The notes beneath the pieces are model-generated. The model was not told the DNA's origin and ran no database searches. It saw only the letters and a list, made by a program, of their open reading frames with translations. A DNA stretch of 64,000 bases, taken from Chrysomallon squamiferum. Taxonomy: Eukaryota; Animalia; Mollusca. Below are positions 1-44,184 of the stretch, one piece after another (position 1 is the stretch's first letter; every line of letters starts with the position of its first letter). The stretch lies in contig CM022668.1 of NCBI GenBank assembly GCA_012295275.1, positions 12,090,001 through 12,154,000 of the forward strand, read 5' to 3'. A program made the translations under genes and the position numbers.

Positions 1-418
1 ATAAATCAAATATTAAATATCATTCTCGAATGAGTCAGTACAAATAAATGCTACTAGACAGACGTAAAAAGAGGTAAACACCAAAACAAAACAGGGATGA
101 CACACCCACCCTCCACCCTTAGAGAACAAAGGCTACGACCCTGAAGAGCTTGGAACTGTGCCCGGGACAGAACAGTTCTTAGAAATGTTTCGTTTGTCAG
201 ATGTGATTCCAATATTTACCTCTAGTCTCGATTTAAGATAAATAATTTTTTCCCTTTATTCTCTTCCTTGATTTTTTTTTTGTTTTGAATTTTCGTACTT
301 TGGTCTTTCTGTCTTTTTCCCTTCCTGCGTGTCTCTTCTCCCCCCCCCTTTGTGTCTCGTACCCTCCATTTGTTTCTTTTTCTCAGTCTATCGCCCCTGC
401 TGTTCTTCACTTACTTTC

Positions 419-531
<113 letters not shown>

Positions 532-995
532 GTCACTCTAACTCTTTTTTTCATTTTTCATTTGCTTTCTCTCTCTGTCTCTTTCGATCATACTATCTTT
601 CCGTTTGTCCGTCCGTCCATTCGTACATCTGTTTGTCTGTCTGTCTGTCTCTTTTTCTGTCTGAATAAATGTCTTTTATATATATTTATCTATTTGTCTG
701 TTTGTCTGTCTGTCTGTCTTCTATATATCTATATCTCTCTCTATTTGTATGTCTGTTTGTCTGTCTCTCTATCTCTGTATCTATTTATCTGTCTGTCTAT
801 CTGTCTATCTATATACCTATCTTTTTAGCCATATGTCTGTACTTTTATCTATCGTCTGTCTGACTCTTTGTCTGTCAGTCTGTTTTTATATCCATCCATC
901 CATCCATCCATCCATCCATCTGTCATATTTGTTGTCTCTGTTTGTCTCTCCTATTATTATTATTATTTTTTTTTTATTATTTGACTTGTTTTTAT

Positions 996-1077
996 AAAAA
1001 TCTTTACAATCGAAAATTCCTGTTCTAGATATTAGCCTTAAGTGCTGGTGAACGCATAATGCTTGAGGAATAAATAA
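996..1077. repeat. Dispersed ~80-bp element, copy 1 (second copy at 8130-8212)
   Basis: aaaaatctttaca(a/g)tcgaa(a/c)attcctgttctagata..agccttaag.gctgg.tgaa..cata.tgcttga.gaataa is present twice, each time after TCTG/TCCA-rich tracts. Confidence 0.8.
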
Positions 1078-1244
1078 CAGCGCCACAAGGTAAATACACA
1101 CAGCGGGATGTTTTGGAACGATTTTCATTGTTATTGAAACGCCTCAGCGACTTTAGGCTAACTGTCATAGGATTACTGTGCAGGTTTAAAATGTAAACAC
1201 ACACACACAAAAAAAAAAAAAATGGGACTAGTAATCTAAAAATT

Positions 1245-1811
<567 letters not shown>

Positions 1812-3216
1812 TGCTTACAGAGAGGAAGAAAAGAAAAAACAGACAATAAGACAGAGTGAAGAGAGAGATTTAGAAAGAGGGCGAAAAAGGATCGAATTAT
1901 AGCTGGGGTTTTTTGTTTTCTTTTCAAGTCACGAAATACTGCATATCGTTACTTCAAAATAAACCACACGACCGCGCCTTTAGAACGATAATCCTAATAA
2001 ATGAACGGCCCTTGAAAAGCAGTCGATCTATAACATTTTAATTTATGAATAGCGCATAAAAGGTCTTCCCACCACTTACTGAGAAACAGGACACGTTTGA
2101 TTTCTATTTATACCTTTATCATTTTGCAGAGTGTTTCCGTCAGTATTACTCATTAATAACATTATCAGTTGTACGTATTATTTTTTTTTTTTTTTTTTTT
2201 TTGTGTGACAGCATGACTCACTTAGTGTCAGTAAAATGAATAACCCAGTTACATTTCGCTACAAGGAAGATCGATATTAATTAATCAGTTCGTGTAGGTA
2301 TTCCAAAATGTGATCGCTTCGATACGGTATGCGGGTACGGTAACAGATAGCGTAAAAAATGACGGATAACACGAAATGAGGTAAATGATGTTTCATCGGT
2401 CGACGGTTTAATGGTTGAGGTTGTGAGAGCTGGAATAGAAAACAGGGGGAAACAAAAACAAAAAAGAGAAAGAGAAAGAGAAAGAGAAAGGATTTGGATT
2501 AAGGTTTGTGATGTTTTAGTATTTTGTATGCAGTGTTTTAATATTTTAATATTTTTTTTTTTGTATGTTATGTAATGTAGACTGTTTTATTACTATATGG
2601 TTGATTATTAGGAATTTTTATCTTATTTTTTTTTTCCTTTGGCCACTCACTTGGATGCACGCACGCACACAATACAACATACATACAAACATACATACAT
2701 ACATACATACATACATACAAACGAACGGATGCCATTTACACATACACTTGTATAATTACGTAGACTTATAATATTCCGTGTCATACTAACTACCGAACAA
2801 CACCGGCAATTACAACAACAACAACAACAACAACAGCAACGACGATAAGACAATAAGAATAGACGCACACGCACGAAAACGGGCACGCACAGTAATTACA
2901 TGGAACTATTTTATTCAGTTACTATTACGTGTGATAAAACTGGATATTTAACAGTTGGTGCTGTGTACAGCCCGAGTCCGAAATCTTCTCGCCTTTGGCG
3001 TTTTTTTTTTTTTTGTTTGTTCTCAAATTTTCCTTTGTAACAATTAACCTTGCAGTTGTGGCCACATCAGTCCAATACCTAATTAATACGTCATGCATGA
3101 AATAGCTAGACTCCCTGCAGTCTACTGGAAAGAATGTTTATTATTATTATTGTTATTCTTCTTCTTCTTCTTCTTCTTCTTCTTATTATTATTATTTTCA
3201 TTGTTATTACTATTAC

Positions 3217-3253
<37 letters not shown>

Positions 3254-3919
3254 TTTTTTATTATTATTACTACTACTACTACTATTATTATTATTACTAC
3301 TACTACTACTACTACTACTATTATTATTATTACTATTTTTATTATTGTTGTTGTTGTTGTTATAATAATAATAATAACTGTTATTATTATTTTTTACTAT
3401 TATTATTATTATTTCTTATTATTATTGTATAATATTATATATATATATATATATCATTTTATTTTATTTTATTTATACACTTATTCATTTATTTATTTAC
3501 ATACATAATCACTTATTTATTTATTCACTTGTGTTTGTAATATTCATTAATAATTAACAATAGGCACAGTAACAATAACGACTTATAGGACTTTGCCCTA
3601 GTTTTCATTTAGGTCAACTGCTACCTATACACAATGGATGTCCACTTTCTCATAAAGCACAAAACCAGTTCAGAGAGAATATAATGTTACAGAGCAAGCA
3701 TCAAGGCCAAAGCAATGTTTTATTTGTTTAACGACACCATTTAATACTTCCTTTCTGTAATGAAGTATTCGATGACAAGCATTTAACAGTTAGGTTAATT
3801 TTAACACGATTGATTACTGCCGATACAATAATTATTTTTATTTTACTTTATGTAAAATATATTTTCTTTTTGTACGTATGAATTTATGTATATATGTATG
3901 TATGTGTTATATGTGTGTA

Positions 3920-3966
<47 letters not shown>

Positions 3967-4491
3967 ATGTATGTGTGTATATATGTGTGTGTACATGTAT
4001 ATATATATATATTGAATGTATGTATGTATGTATATATGTGTGTGTATGTATGTATGTATGTGTATGAGTGTGTGTACATGTATATATGAATATGTAGTTG
4101 AGTGTGTGTGTATTTATGTATGTGTGTGTGTGTTTGTAGACCTATTTATATATATGTACGTACACAGACACACCCATACCACCACCATCACAACAACAAC
4201 AACAAAACAAACAGTTATTTTATCTTTTACTCTGATTTCTCGAAAGAGGATCTCCCTGTTTGAAATAAACAAATATGATCCTGCCACCAATCAAAGATAC
4301 ATAACAAAATCGTAAGATAAACTGTTTAACGATCGTGACCGTATAGACTTCTTTTAGAACATACAGAGACGCCCTTTGTGTAAACCTAATCCTTGGACGG
4401 AAAGTAACGAAACTCACCACAAAAGAAATATCGGGTGCAAGATTTTGACAAAGCGGTTTCTAAGTTATGTAAATATGTATCTATGTATGTA

Positions 4492-4540
<49 letters not shown>

Positions 4541-4695
4541 GTGTGTGTGTGGATGTATGTATGTGTGTGTATGTATGTATGTATGTGTATGTATGTATCT
4601 ATGTATCTATGTATCTATGTATGTATTTATGTATGTATGTATGTATGTATGTATGTATGTGTGTATGTGTGTATGTATGTATGTGTGTGTGTATG

Positions 4696-4729
<34 letters not shown>

Positions 4730-4898
4730 TGTATGTATGTAGTATTATAGAGATATAGTCAAGAGACGGACGGACGGATGGATAGATAGGTAAGACGAGG
4801 TACAAAATTTTAATTAAAAAACCGCATGATAATACAATAGAAAGTGTAAAATATAAACTGTTTCCTAGATATTTTTGAATAGCAACAAGATCAACGTC

Positions 4899-4959
<61 letters not shown>

Positions 4960-5052
4960 GATAGCAATAATAATAACAACAACAGTATTAACGACAGTAA
5001 TAACAATTGCAGTATCAACAACAAAAACAGCTACAACGACAATAACATAAGC

Positions 5053-5103
<51 letters not shown>

Positions 5104-5397
5104 CAAATAATAATTAATTAATTAATAAAAACATAAAAAATATATGTTTTCTTAGATACGCTTGCCATCGGAAATAATCTAAATAATGTATGTGACGTCA
5201 CACATTGCCAGTTGTTCTTTATGACGTCACATAAAAAAGAGAAATGGAAACGTGCACCTGTTACACAAAGTATAATGTTCGTTGACTCTGGGGATCGTTT
5301 CTGATTTAAAGGTTACGTTCTGTGCCAGATATACGCAGATATAATTATCACATAAGATATGTTTACTTATTTATGTGTTTATTTCAGGGTTAGTCTG

Positions 5398-10970
<5,573 letters not shown>

Positions 10971-11023
10971 TCCATATACAGTGGTTATTGTTGTTGTTTT
11001 TGTTGTTGTTGTTATTATTATTA

Positions 11024-11055
<32 letters not shown>

Positions 11056-11743
11056 TTTTTTTTTTTCATATGTTATTTTGTTAAGAAGAAATCCCTGAGT
11101 TTTTAATTTCATATAATTTACATAGCAATTTCAAATGTTGTTTTTCTTTTTTTTTAAATTTATTATTATTATTATTATTGTTATTTAAATTAAACTTATT
11201 TGTATGAGTACTGTTGCTATGATAATTTTATAAATGATATTTTGTTAAAAGGAAATCCTAAGATTTTAAAATACAAACATTCTTTTTTTTTTTTTAATGA
11301 CTGTATTTATTGTGCGACTGTGCGTGAATGCGTGCATGAGTACTTGCTGGCATGTGCATTTTGCATGCAAGAAATCAAAGTGTAATACTTTAACATCTCA
11401 TTATTATTAATTTAACTAATAAATATGAAATCAACAGTGTCTTCTTCTTCTTCTTCTTCTTATGATTATGAACTACACGATATGTAGTAAAATCTTAAGA
11501 TGATACAGCTTTAAAACTTTAAATTTGTAAACATGAATACGAAATTCTAGATTCTGTGAATTGCCAATCATTTATGTCTGTTGATGTAAGTTAAATAATA
11601 ACTTGAACAAATGTTTCTATAGCACCTCTGTTTATACAGAAACTGAAGATGAATGTGTATACTTTATATTGGTTGAAAACTATATACAATTTTGTATAAT
11701 TATTTTCTAATAAAATGACTAATATTTAAATGAGAGTTTGTTT

Positions 11744-11824
<81 letters not shown>

Positions 11825-12044
11825 TTAATATGTAATAACACAGACAAAAAAAAAAAAAAAAAAAAAAATGAGGAAAAAAGATCGTACCATGTTTTGTGAT
11901 TTTTGAAAACTTTTTTTTTTGCTGTAAGTTTACAGTTATTTATTTGCACTTAGTAAACTTACGTACGACAAAGAGTAATAACTGGAATGGGAAATAAGCC
12001 AGTGGTTCCTTCCTTCACAGTCTTAATTAACGTGAGTTACAGAT

Positions 12045-12528
12045 ACTGAACTGGTCTACTTTTCCGGAAATATCACGTGACTTCCTTATCACAGTTATCT
12101 AGTTACAGGTTCATAGAGTGCATTAGGAATCATTGGTCACGTGCCCTAACTGCGATGACATGTCCATTTTCATGATTATATATCCATGTATATACTTACA
12201 TAAACATACATACATACATCGAAAATCGAGGTTATTCCCCTTTAAACAAAATGGCTAGATTACGGCTCAACTGACATTTTTTTTTTTTTTTTTCCCATTA
12301 AACTTTGCTGAAATGCTTTTGCGAAACATAATATGAGGTCAAAAATATAGAAAATATTATTATTTTTTTTTTCTCGTTTATTTACTGATTTTGTACATGA
12401 CTTACAGTTAATGAACTTGTCTACGTTTCTAGAAATATCACGTGATTTCCTTATCACAGCTATCGCATTAAAGGTTCGTACGATTCATTAGTCACGTGCC
12501 CTAATTGCGATGACGTGTTCACTTTCAC

Positions 12529-12561
<33 letters not shown>

Positions 12562-12800
12562 CGAACATCCAAATTATTACCCTCAAATTTTTATTTTTTA
12601 TTTTTTATTTTTTTTAAATCGCTTGATTTGGACTTAATTTAAAACCAAATATTTAATTTCTTTCTGTCTTTTTTTTTTCTTCTTCAACTTTCCTTGTATG
12701 CTTTTTATATCGTCTGACAGGCCCCAACTAATCAAACAAAACATAACGAGAGGTCAAAATATAGAAATTCTTCTTCTTTTCATTCGCGTTTATTTGTTAA
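12045..12800. repeat. Diverged tandem duplication (~365-410 bp unit) with CACGTG cores and microsatellite ends; possible non-autonomous element remnant
   Basis: 12051-12175 aligns to 12416-12530, and 12324-12358 aligns to 12738-12772. Confidence 0.65.
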
Positions 12801-13225
12801 TTTCCTCCATGTCTGCAGGCGATCCGCATTCATTTCTTTCAAGCATGACAACATTATTGCACTGTCGATGAGTATGCTGATATACATAAATTTAGTGAGC
12901 AAGAATTGCGTTTTATTTGTATATTAATATATATATATATTTGATGATGATGATAATAATAATAATAATAATAATAAAAAATTTGTTTTACCATTATGGT
13001 AACAATAACAACAACATCATCAACGTCAGTATCAATAATGGCTATGCTAAGCATTACATTTTAAAACAAGGTATTATTATGTCCGTATATCTTTCTTTTT
13101 TTTCTTTTTCTGTTCAGTTTCTTTGTTGTTGTATCTTTCTTTCTTTCTTTCTTTTTTCATTTTTTTTTCTTTTTAAAATTTACCGGAATATCGATGTCTT
13201 AAGATAAATCCTAATTGTTTTTATT

Positions 13226-13267
<42 letters not shown>

Positions 13268-13837
13268 CTGTATTTTTTTTTTTTTTTTTTTTTTATTTTC
13301 ATTATTATTTATTTATTCTTTATTCTTTATTTTTTTTTTTTTTTTTTTTTTGTGTTCTTATTGTTACACTGTAAATATATTATTCGGAAGCAACGGAATA
13401 TAAATAAAAACTCAAATTTATAAGAAGCCGATGAAAGTTGTAAAGTCATAAAATTTTGATTTAATAAAAATAATGAAAATTTTATTACATCTTGTTTCTG
13501 ACAACCGATCAAAGATTTCTTAATCAATCATCGAGTGACAGGATCTCTACCAATTAATTATTGATTATCTAATCACCAGATTATATAATCAGTTTTTGAT
13601 TGTAATCAATTAGCAAATGTTGGAATTTTGGGTAAAATATTTGGAGGAAACTGGATTTTTAATTTTGTTTTTTAATAAGATCTTAAGATGTGTATATTAA
13701 TAGAAAAACATTAATAAGCATTATTATTCCCTGTTTCAATAATAAATTGATATTTTATACTTACATTCTCTTCTGATAATAATGAAAGATTAAAAAAAAA
13801 AAAGTAGTAGTAATAATAATCATGATGATGGTGATGG

Positions 13838-13888
<51 letters not shown>

Positions 13889-14128
13889 TTAAAATAAATA
13901 ATAACAAGAGAAATAAAAATGATAAATAAATGAATAAATAAACAAATGTAAATACATACATAAAACATGCATACATACATACATACATACATACATACAT
14001 ACATACATACATACTTATATACATATACACGCGCATATACGCAGACATCCACACGCATACGCACACATATTATAAACATACACACATAGATACAAACCAA
14101 AGAACACACACACACACACATACCAAAG

Positions 14129-14171
<43 letters not shown>

Positions 14172-14823
14172 CGCGTTAGCGGGTTTAATTTTAAATTATT
14201 CACCTAATACATAACAGTTCTTCTTCCTTCCCGCGTCCTTCAACTAACTACAGAACAATTGTCGTGACGTCATCTAAGAAGCCAGTTGCTTTTCCATATA
14301 TGGCTATATTGAAAAATTGTTCATATGACGTATGAAGTTTAATATTATTTATTTATTTATTTATTTATTTTATTGGCGCCGAGGTTACTTTACTTACTAT
14401 AATAATTGTGTTTTGTTGTTGTTGTTACCACTATTACTACTACTACAATTAATACTGTTACTACTACTATAACTACTATTATCTACGGAAAATAGAAACA
14501 CTGAAATTGCACCTAGTCCATATATCTAACTCCCACCTATAAGATTACTTTACAATAAAATCAGCTCAAATATTCCAGTCAAGTTTAATAGAAAGTCTAC
14601 AGTGTTACCCCCCACTCCTTCAAGTGGCGTTCTAGGCACGTGCCATACTTGTCATACCTTAGACACTCCACTGCTACTACGACAACAACTACCACTATTG
14701 CCACTACTACTACCTCAACAACGACTACTACTACTACTACTGCTGCTGCTACGATTTTATATGTATTTATGCATGTATGTATGTATATAGGTAGGTATGT
14801 ATGCATGGCATGGATATATGTAT

Positions 14824-14882
<59 letters not shown>

Positions 14883-14957
14883 GTTGTTTGTTGTTGTTAT
14901 TATTACCTATTATTATTCTATTATTATTGTTATTATTATTATCATTTTTATTTTTAC

Positions 14958-15005
<48 letters not shown>

Positions 15006-15895
15006 GTTATTGCTATTGCTGCTGCAATTTATAATCCCAATTCCGACTGCTGTTATTAGATTTAATATTAATGACTTATTTAATGGTTTCCACTTCTTCT
15101 ACATTTCCTTTCGTTTGACACAATCCGTAATTTTATATATTCATTATTCGATTTATTAAAAGAAATGTTCTTTACTAAATGATATCACTTTCAGTTATCT
15201 CCCTTCGTTAGTACCGTTTCACTCCTCGAGTTATTTGTGTAAACTAATCTTTATTCTTCCTTTGTAATACGCCCTTTTTATATAGATTTACATATGTCAT
15301 ATAATTCATTGTTTTATTTCTATTTAATGTCTTCTTTCTTAGGAAACCGCCGATACATTATCATTAGAAGATTGAGAAGGATCGGCTATATCTTAAGAAA
15401 TGAAAAGATTATAGCATCTTAAACATTTAAATATTGTCATGAACAAGATGAAAAAAAAAAAAAAAAAAAAAATGCGGAGATGATTGAATAAGTAAACAAA
15501 TAAATAAATTAATTAATTAAAATATACATATAAATAATATAAATAAGTGAATGAATAAATGGATAAATGAAATTAGAAGTAGACAAGTAAACAAATAAAA
15601 TAAAATAGGTAACAAAATTAATAAATAATAAAATAAATAAAGAAGCAAGCAAGGAAGCAACAACAACAATAAATAAATAGAAAATAAAAAAATAAACAAA
15701 ATAAGCAAACAAACAAATAAAAAGAAAAAAGAGGGAATACAGGCGGACTTCAGACATTTTGTTTTTTCGAGTACAACTTCACTCATTTTAAAATGCAGAA
15801 GTTTTCTGTGATAATTTATCCTAGTCACATGACTCACTGGCTTGAATTTTTAGACAAAAATAATCCTGATACGATTATAATGTTGTCTTTTCTTA

Positions 15896-16030
15896 TTTGA
15901 AACCTACGTTACAGTGATACGCACATTTGAAACTTACGTTACAGTGATACGCACATTTGAAACGTACGTTATAGTGATACGCACGATTGAAACGTACGTT
16001 GCAGTGACAAGAGTGTTTGAAACATGTTTT
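15896..16030. repeat. 30-bp minisatellite (tttgaaacttacgttacagtgatacgcaca), about 4 copies plus decayed copies
   Basis: Visible tandem units, also seen as IRTFETYVTV repeats in the ORF track. Confidence 0.85.
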
Positions 16031-16620
16031 AAAAATCTGTTACACAAAAATGCGTATTTAAAACGTATCTCCGTGACACACATTGTAAGTCTGTTCCAGA
16101 TACGTTTGTTTGAAACGTACGATCTATGATACACATTTTTGAAGCCCATGTCAAAATAACAGACATATTTGAAATGCCTGTGACGTCAGTCTTACGTAAG
16201 TTATTATTTTAAGATCAGAAAAAGAACAGCCGACTTTAACAATTATACAAAACACTTCAAGCATAATATTTTAAAGCTATATCATGTAAACATAATAATT
16301 ATATTTATAAACATAAAATTAATAACTATGAACATAATATTAATCATATATATTAGGAACGTAAATTAATTGTATTTATTAGTAACGTAAATTAATTATA
16401 TTTATTATGAACATAACTGCAAATATTATGAACATTATTAAATAAAAATAAAATGTAAAAATCACCAAAATTAAGACAAGCTGTTATTTATTTCTCGCTA
16501 CAATTAGTGCTTTGAAAAACATTGTATTATAAAATGGACTGGGGTGACTTAAAACAAATAATTCTGCCAATGACTTCTAAATCAGTATATATAATTTCTT
16601 AAAACAACAACAACAACGAA

Positions 16621-16671
<51 letters not shown>

Positions 16672-16674
16672 TAA

Positions 16675-16705
<31 letters not shown>

Positions 16706-16899
16706 AAGAAGAAAACAAATAAAAAATATTAAAAACCTGAATAAAACAAAACAAAATAAAGTTTCTAACCAGTTCTTATACCCATGACCTTCTAACATAT
16801 AATAAAACTTCTACACCTACACAAATTTTTATTATTATTATTTTTGTTTTTTGTTTTTTCTTTTAATGTCCGATATCGATTCATAAATTTTTACTGGTC

Positions 16900-17465
16900 A
16901 TCAATAATATTACATCGACTGCATCGCGACAGCTACTACAACAGTTCACCTGGTCTACATACTTGAGAAGTCAATGCAGTCATTGCATAATAATTATTTG
17001 AAATATGCAGTGCTCGTTTTACAACGTCTTTATATACCTGGGGCAGAGTTAGGCAAAGGTGAATCGGCTGTCCCAGGAAGTAAACGCACGCCCCCCGTAA
17101 ATCGATAATATTCACTTGTTTTCGCAACTTACGTCGAACGAACGACAACGGCCGATGTGTTTGGTATAATGTGTGACAGTTTATAATTATTTCTGTCGAT
17201 GGTGTTTGCAACATGCGTCGTGAAGTGTCACCTGAATAAAGTAATTGCCGAGCGGAAAACCACCTGTGATCGCTATAAATAAACCGGCATTTGACCTGCG
17301 TGTGTTTGGTGACATGTACCGTATTTGGAGAGTTTCGCTCGGGACACTAGTGTGTAAAAAAGAAAAAAAAAACACCACCACCTACGTGGATATGCGGTGG
17401 ATATAATCTCGAAGCGAATTAATGGATTAACCGTTGCAGCAAGTGTGAAGTGCATTTACTGACAG
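16900..17465 (+). promoter_or_regulatory. CpG-rich promoter region and probable non-coding first exon of the SESTD1-like locus (donor at 17465)
   Basis: Local CpG/GC enrichment at ~16.9-17.8 kb in an AT-rich background, strong donor cag|gtaaga at 17465/17466, next acceptor at 19352. The transcription start is not determinable. Confidence 0.6.
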
Positions 17466-18940
17466 GTAAGAAAGGTGTGGTCAACCCTTACCCCAGATGT
17501 GTACGGGCGTGTGATTAAAATTACCGTGAGTGAGGAGCGACTGTAAGCTGAATTCCGAAGCGGCGCGAGAAACTTCAGACATCGTCTGAAAATACGTCAC
17601 AGCGCGACATGGGCGGGTTTAATACTTCCTCAAATCGCAGACGTGTTTTAAAATTATAATTTTTTCATCAGTTTAATATCTTTGTAAATTAAAAAGCATC
17701 GTTGACGAACCGTGGCTCATGTTATTAAGCGCAGGTGTGTGAACAGAGAAGTTTTGAAATGTTTTGTAAATCTTCGTAGCAGATCCGGACAGAATTTACC
17801 GTAAAACGTAAAATAAATGTGCACTGAATGACTTGGATAAGAATTGTACAGTTAATATATTTTCTGTTTATAAATTCTTTGAATCTGTGTCGTTTAAAAG
17901 TTAACTTATGCTAGTTGCAGGCAGAGATGTAGAACTGTACAACTGATTCATGATTTAAATAAATAAATAAACAAATAAATAAATAAAGTTTAACAGAAAT
18001 TACTTTTTAAATAATTAGAATTATTATTAAATAGTTGGACTTTTTTAAAATATATTTTTAACAAAATAAATAAATACATAAATAAAAATCTCTTCAGACG
18101 TGTGTATATGTATGTATACATAATAGTAAATATAAATAATAATAATGGAAAGATAAAAATATTAATAATAACACATTTTTTTAGGATTGAAAACTACTAC
18201 TACCACAAATATTAATAACAATAAAATAATAATAAGAAAGAAATAATAATCAAATAAATGTGCAAATAAAAAAATAGAATAAAATGATAAATAAATAAAA
18301 AAGAATAAATAAGTAAAAGAATAAATAAATACAATAAAAACAAAATTTTGAAAAATAAATAAACAAAATAATAATTAAAAAAAATAAATGAAAGAGTAAA
18401 TAAATTAAAATAAACAACAAAACAAAACACAAAACACAATAAAATATCGTCCTTTGCATTCAGCAGAAAATTACTTTTCAAATCAGTGTCATTTAAATTT
18501 TTCTCATTCACTCCCTCATTCCTTTATTCATCCTATTTCATAACTCATCCACTCTTCAACTTCAAGCAGGGTACCTGCAGTCACTGAACCCATTTCTGAG
18601 CCCAACCTCGACCCTTACTGTTACACTGTAACCTGAAACCTACTTGATTTAGTTATATCACCACACAAACCTTTACCATCTTGAAGCTCTCACTCAGAAT
18701 TCTCAAACACACCCAGACTAGCAAGGCCAGAAAAGATTCATCTACAGAAGTGACTGATTAGCTAACAAGATATAATTACTGAATTCCTCTAGCAGGGTGT
18801 TACACAATAATACAGAAAGTGTGAACTGTTATTTAATTCTACAATTGGCTCAGTTTAAAAATGATATTAGGGTGATTGTTGTCATGCTGTTATTATTAGA
18901 AATAATTGGTGTTGTGTAATGAGAGAGAAAGGTGCAGAAA

Positions 18941-18989
<49 letters not shown>

Positions 18990-18995
18990 AAAGAT

Positions 18996-19032
<37 letters not shown>

Positions 19033-19137
19033 CATACACATATACAGAGAGAGATTAACTTTGTTTTTTGCTGAATTAAAAGGGTATTAGATGTTATAGT
19101 TATTAAGTTGTTATATGTATAAATAATTAGCACTATA

Positions 19138-19216
<79 letters not shown>

Positions 19217-19365
19217 CAGAAAAAGAGACAGACAATTATTTAATATGATTGGCTAATTTTAAAGACTTATTAATTTCAATAATTAGCTTCAAGCAGCAAC
19301 TAAGAAATCCATTCATTCATTTATTTTTATGTTATGAATGTTGTTGTTGCAGATGCTGAACAGAC

Positions 19366-41932
<22,567 letters not shown>

Positions 41933-42241
41933 GTCAGTCAATGGTTTATTCTGAATTTAACATATTTATTTATTTATTGATTTATTTAATTATTTATTTA
42001 GTTAGTTAGTTAGTTAATTAGTTAGTTACTTAGTTAATTAGTTGGTTAATTTTATTTAAATTTATTTATTTTATTTACTCTATTTATTTATTTATTTATT
42101 TATTTTATTTTATTTTGTTTTATTTTTATTTTTTTTTTATTTACTGTTTATTTATTTTGTTTATTATTCAATCACTAACTTAATAAAAAAAAAAATTAAG
42201 ACAAATAAAATTATTAGAAATTTATTTACAATAATTTCATC

Positions 42242-42276
<35 letters not shown>

Positions 42277-43155
42277 TTTTATTTTATTTTATTTTATTTT
42301 ATTTTTTTTTTTTTTTTATTTTATTTTATTTTTATTTATTTACTATTTATTTATTTTATTTATTATTCAATCAGTAACACTATAAAAAAACCCACACAAT
42401 TAAGACAAATAAAATTATTAGAAATTTATTTCAAATAACTGTTGAAATGCTTTAGTAGTTCTTTGGAGTTATCCCCCTTGCCTTCTTTCTTAGGATAGGT
42501 TTTATTTAGAAGATGATGATTAATATTTATTATTAGATTAGCAATTTTGCAAACTGCCAAGCAGATTTTTTTTGATGCTTTGAGCAAAACCAGAAATGTA
42601 CAATGAACAAAACAACTGTGTTTTGTAAATTAAAATGAGAGGCAGTATTCTGATGTGGACAGAACCTAAACAGAAACTGCATACAGGAATGTTGTATATT
42701 ATTATTTCTTATTTCTTTGGAGCAGTCATGTTCTCATTTAAATAAAATTTCAGGTTTGGACTCAGAATAAAGACAGTAATACAGATGGGATGTTTCATTC
42801 TAAGTGAATTTAAAAGAAGTTTAAAATTGTGTTGGTTTAAAATGTAGCCTAGGAAAATTAAGAAAAAATAATGATTGACATTAAACAGCTGATAGCTGGT
42901 TCTGTTTTAAGGTTAATCTTTGTATGTAATGGAAGCTAGTGTTTTTTTTCAAGTAGTTTTTGGTGTGTAATTTTATAAGAGAATTAATAAAAAGAAAGAA
43001 AAGGAAAAGTAAAAGCAGGGCAGTATAATAGTAATTTTAATATGAAATATAAAATAAACAATTTTAGTTTTTGAAAATACATTTAAAAAAATTAAAATAA
43101 ATAAATTAAATTAAGATATATAGTTAGTAATTACAATAAATTAATATTGAGGTAA

Positions 43156-43189
<34 letters not shown>

Positions 43190-43682
43190 TAACAATAACA
43201 ATAACAACAACAACAACAACAACAACAATAATAATAATAATAGTAAGTAAATAAATAAAAATCAATCAATCAATCATTCAATCAAAGTAAATAAATATCT
43301 TAATACTGCCACATAATCTTGAAAATATTTTCACAGATAAAGGCAATTCTGCTGAATTTAAATAAAGAAATAATTTTGTATTAAAGTGTTGCTTTAAAAA
43401 CATGCTAAAAATAGTCAACAACATGATTGTTTCTTTCTGTAAAAACAATTACATATTTCCAGAAATTCTACTTGTTTTTTTTTTTTTATATATATTTTTA
43501 AGTTAAATATAGAAAATAACAAATGCGGGGAAAAAAATTAAGCAGGAAAGAAGGAAGTTGTTTGGTTTATTGCGTTACCAACAATGAAAGAAAAACAAGC
43601 TGAAATGTTTCTGTAAAATATATTATTACATCTGTTCTGTCTGTTTGTTTGTCCATCTTTCTGTCAGTGACACATGTACAGT

Positions 43683-43875
43683 AGGGATGGGCTGCAGCTT
43701 AGATGTAAGACAAATATGTAAAGGCTTGATATGTTGCAGGATCAGTTCATGAAAGTGAAATAACTGGGCAATATCCCGTTCCAACCAGTGAACTGATTTA
43801 TTAATGGTTTTGGTGTTTTCCTGTCGATGTAAAGGAATAAATCACAAAAAAGATTGTTGCTGTTTATTAAGCACA
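43683..43875 (+). mobile_element. Possible highly decayed tRNA-derived SINE
   Basis: Degenerate A-box (gcagcttagatgtaa) and B-box-like (ggatcagttc) head, followed by gggcaatatcccgttccaaccagtg, resembling a molluscan SINE core from memory. A similar fragment lies on the minus strand near 11980-12010. Confidence 0.35.
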
Positions 43876-44128
43876 CAAATTAGTATATTATATTAGTGTA
43901 TATGTGTTTGTATTTGTGTGAATGTGTCTGTGTGTGTGTCTGTTTGTAATAAAAGTGTGTTGCTGATACTTAGCATTTGGTATTTCATTTGTTAATGTAT
44001 CACTTGAACTGTCTTATTTTTGTTTTCGTTGTTATATTCAGGAATGGATTAGTCTATTACCTTATTGTCATTCTGCTTAGTTCATATACCGACAGTCAAC
44101 TAGGTAGTATCCAAAATATTTACATTTA

Positions 44129-44184
<56 letters not shown>

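Noticed and set aside
1900-4800. Upstream non-coding exon of the chitinase (candidate donors at 2380 and 4789)
   Set aside because: The acceptor at 5387 suggests one exists, but the sequence alone cannot choose among candidates.
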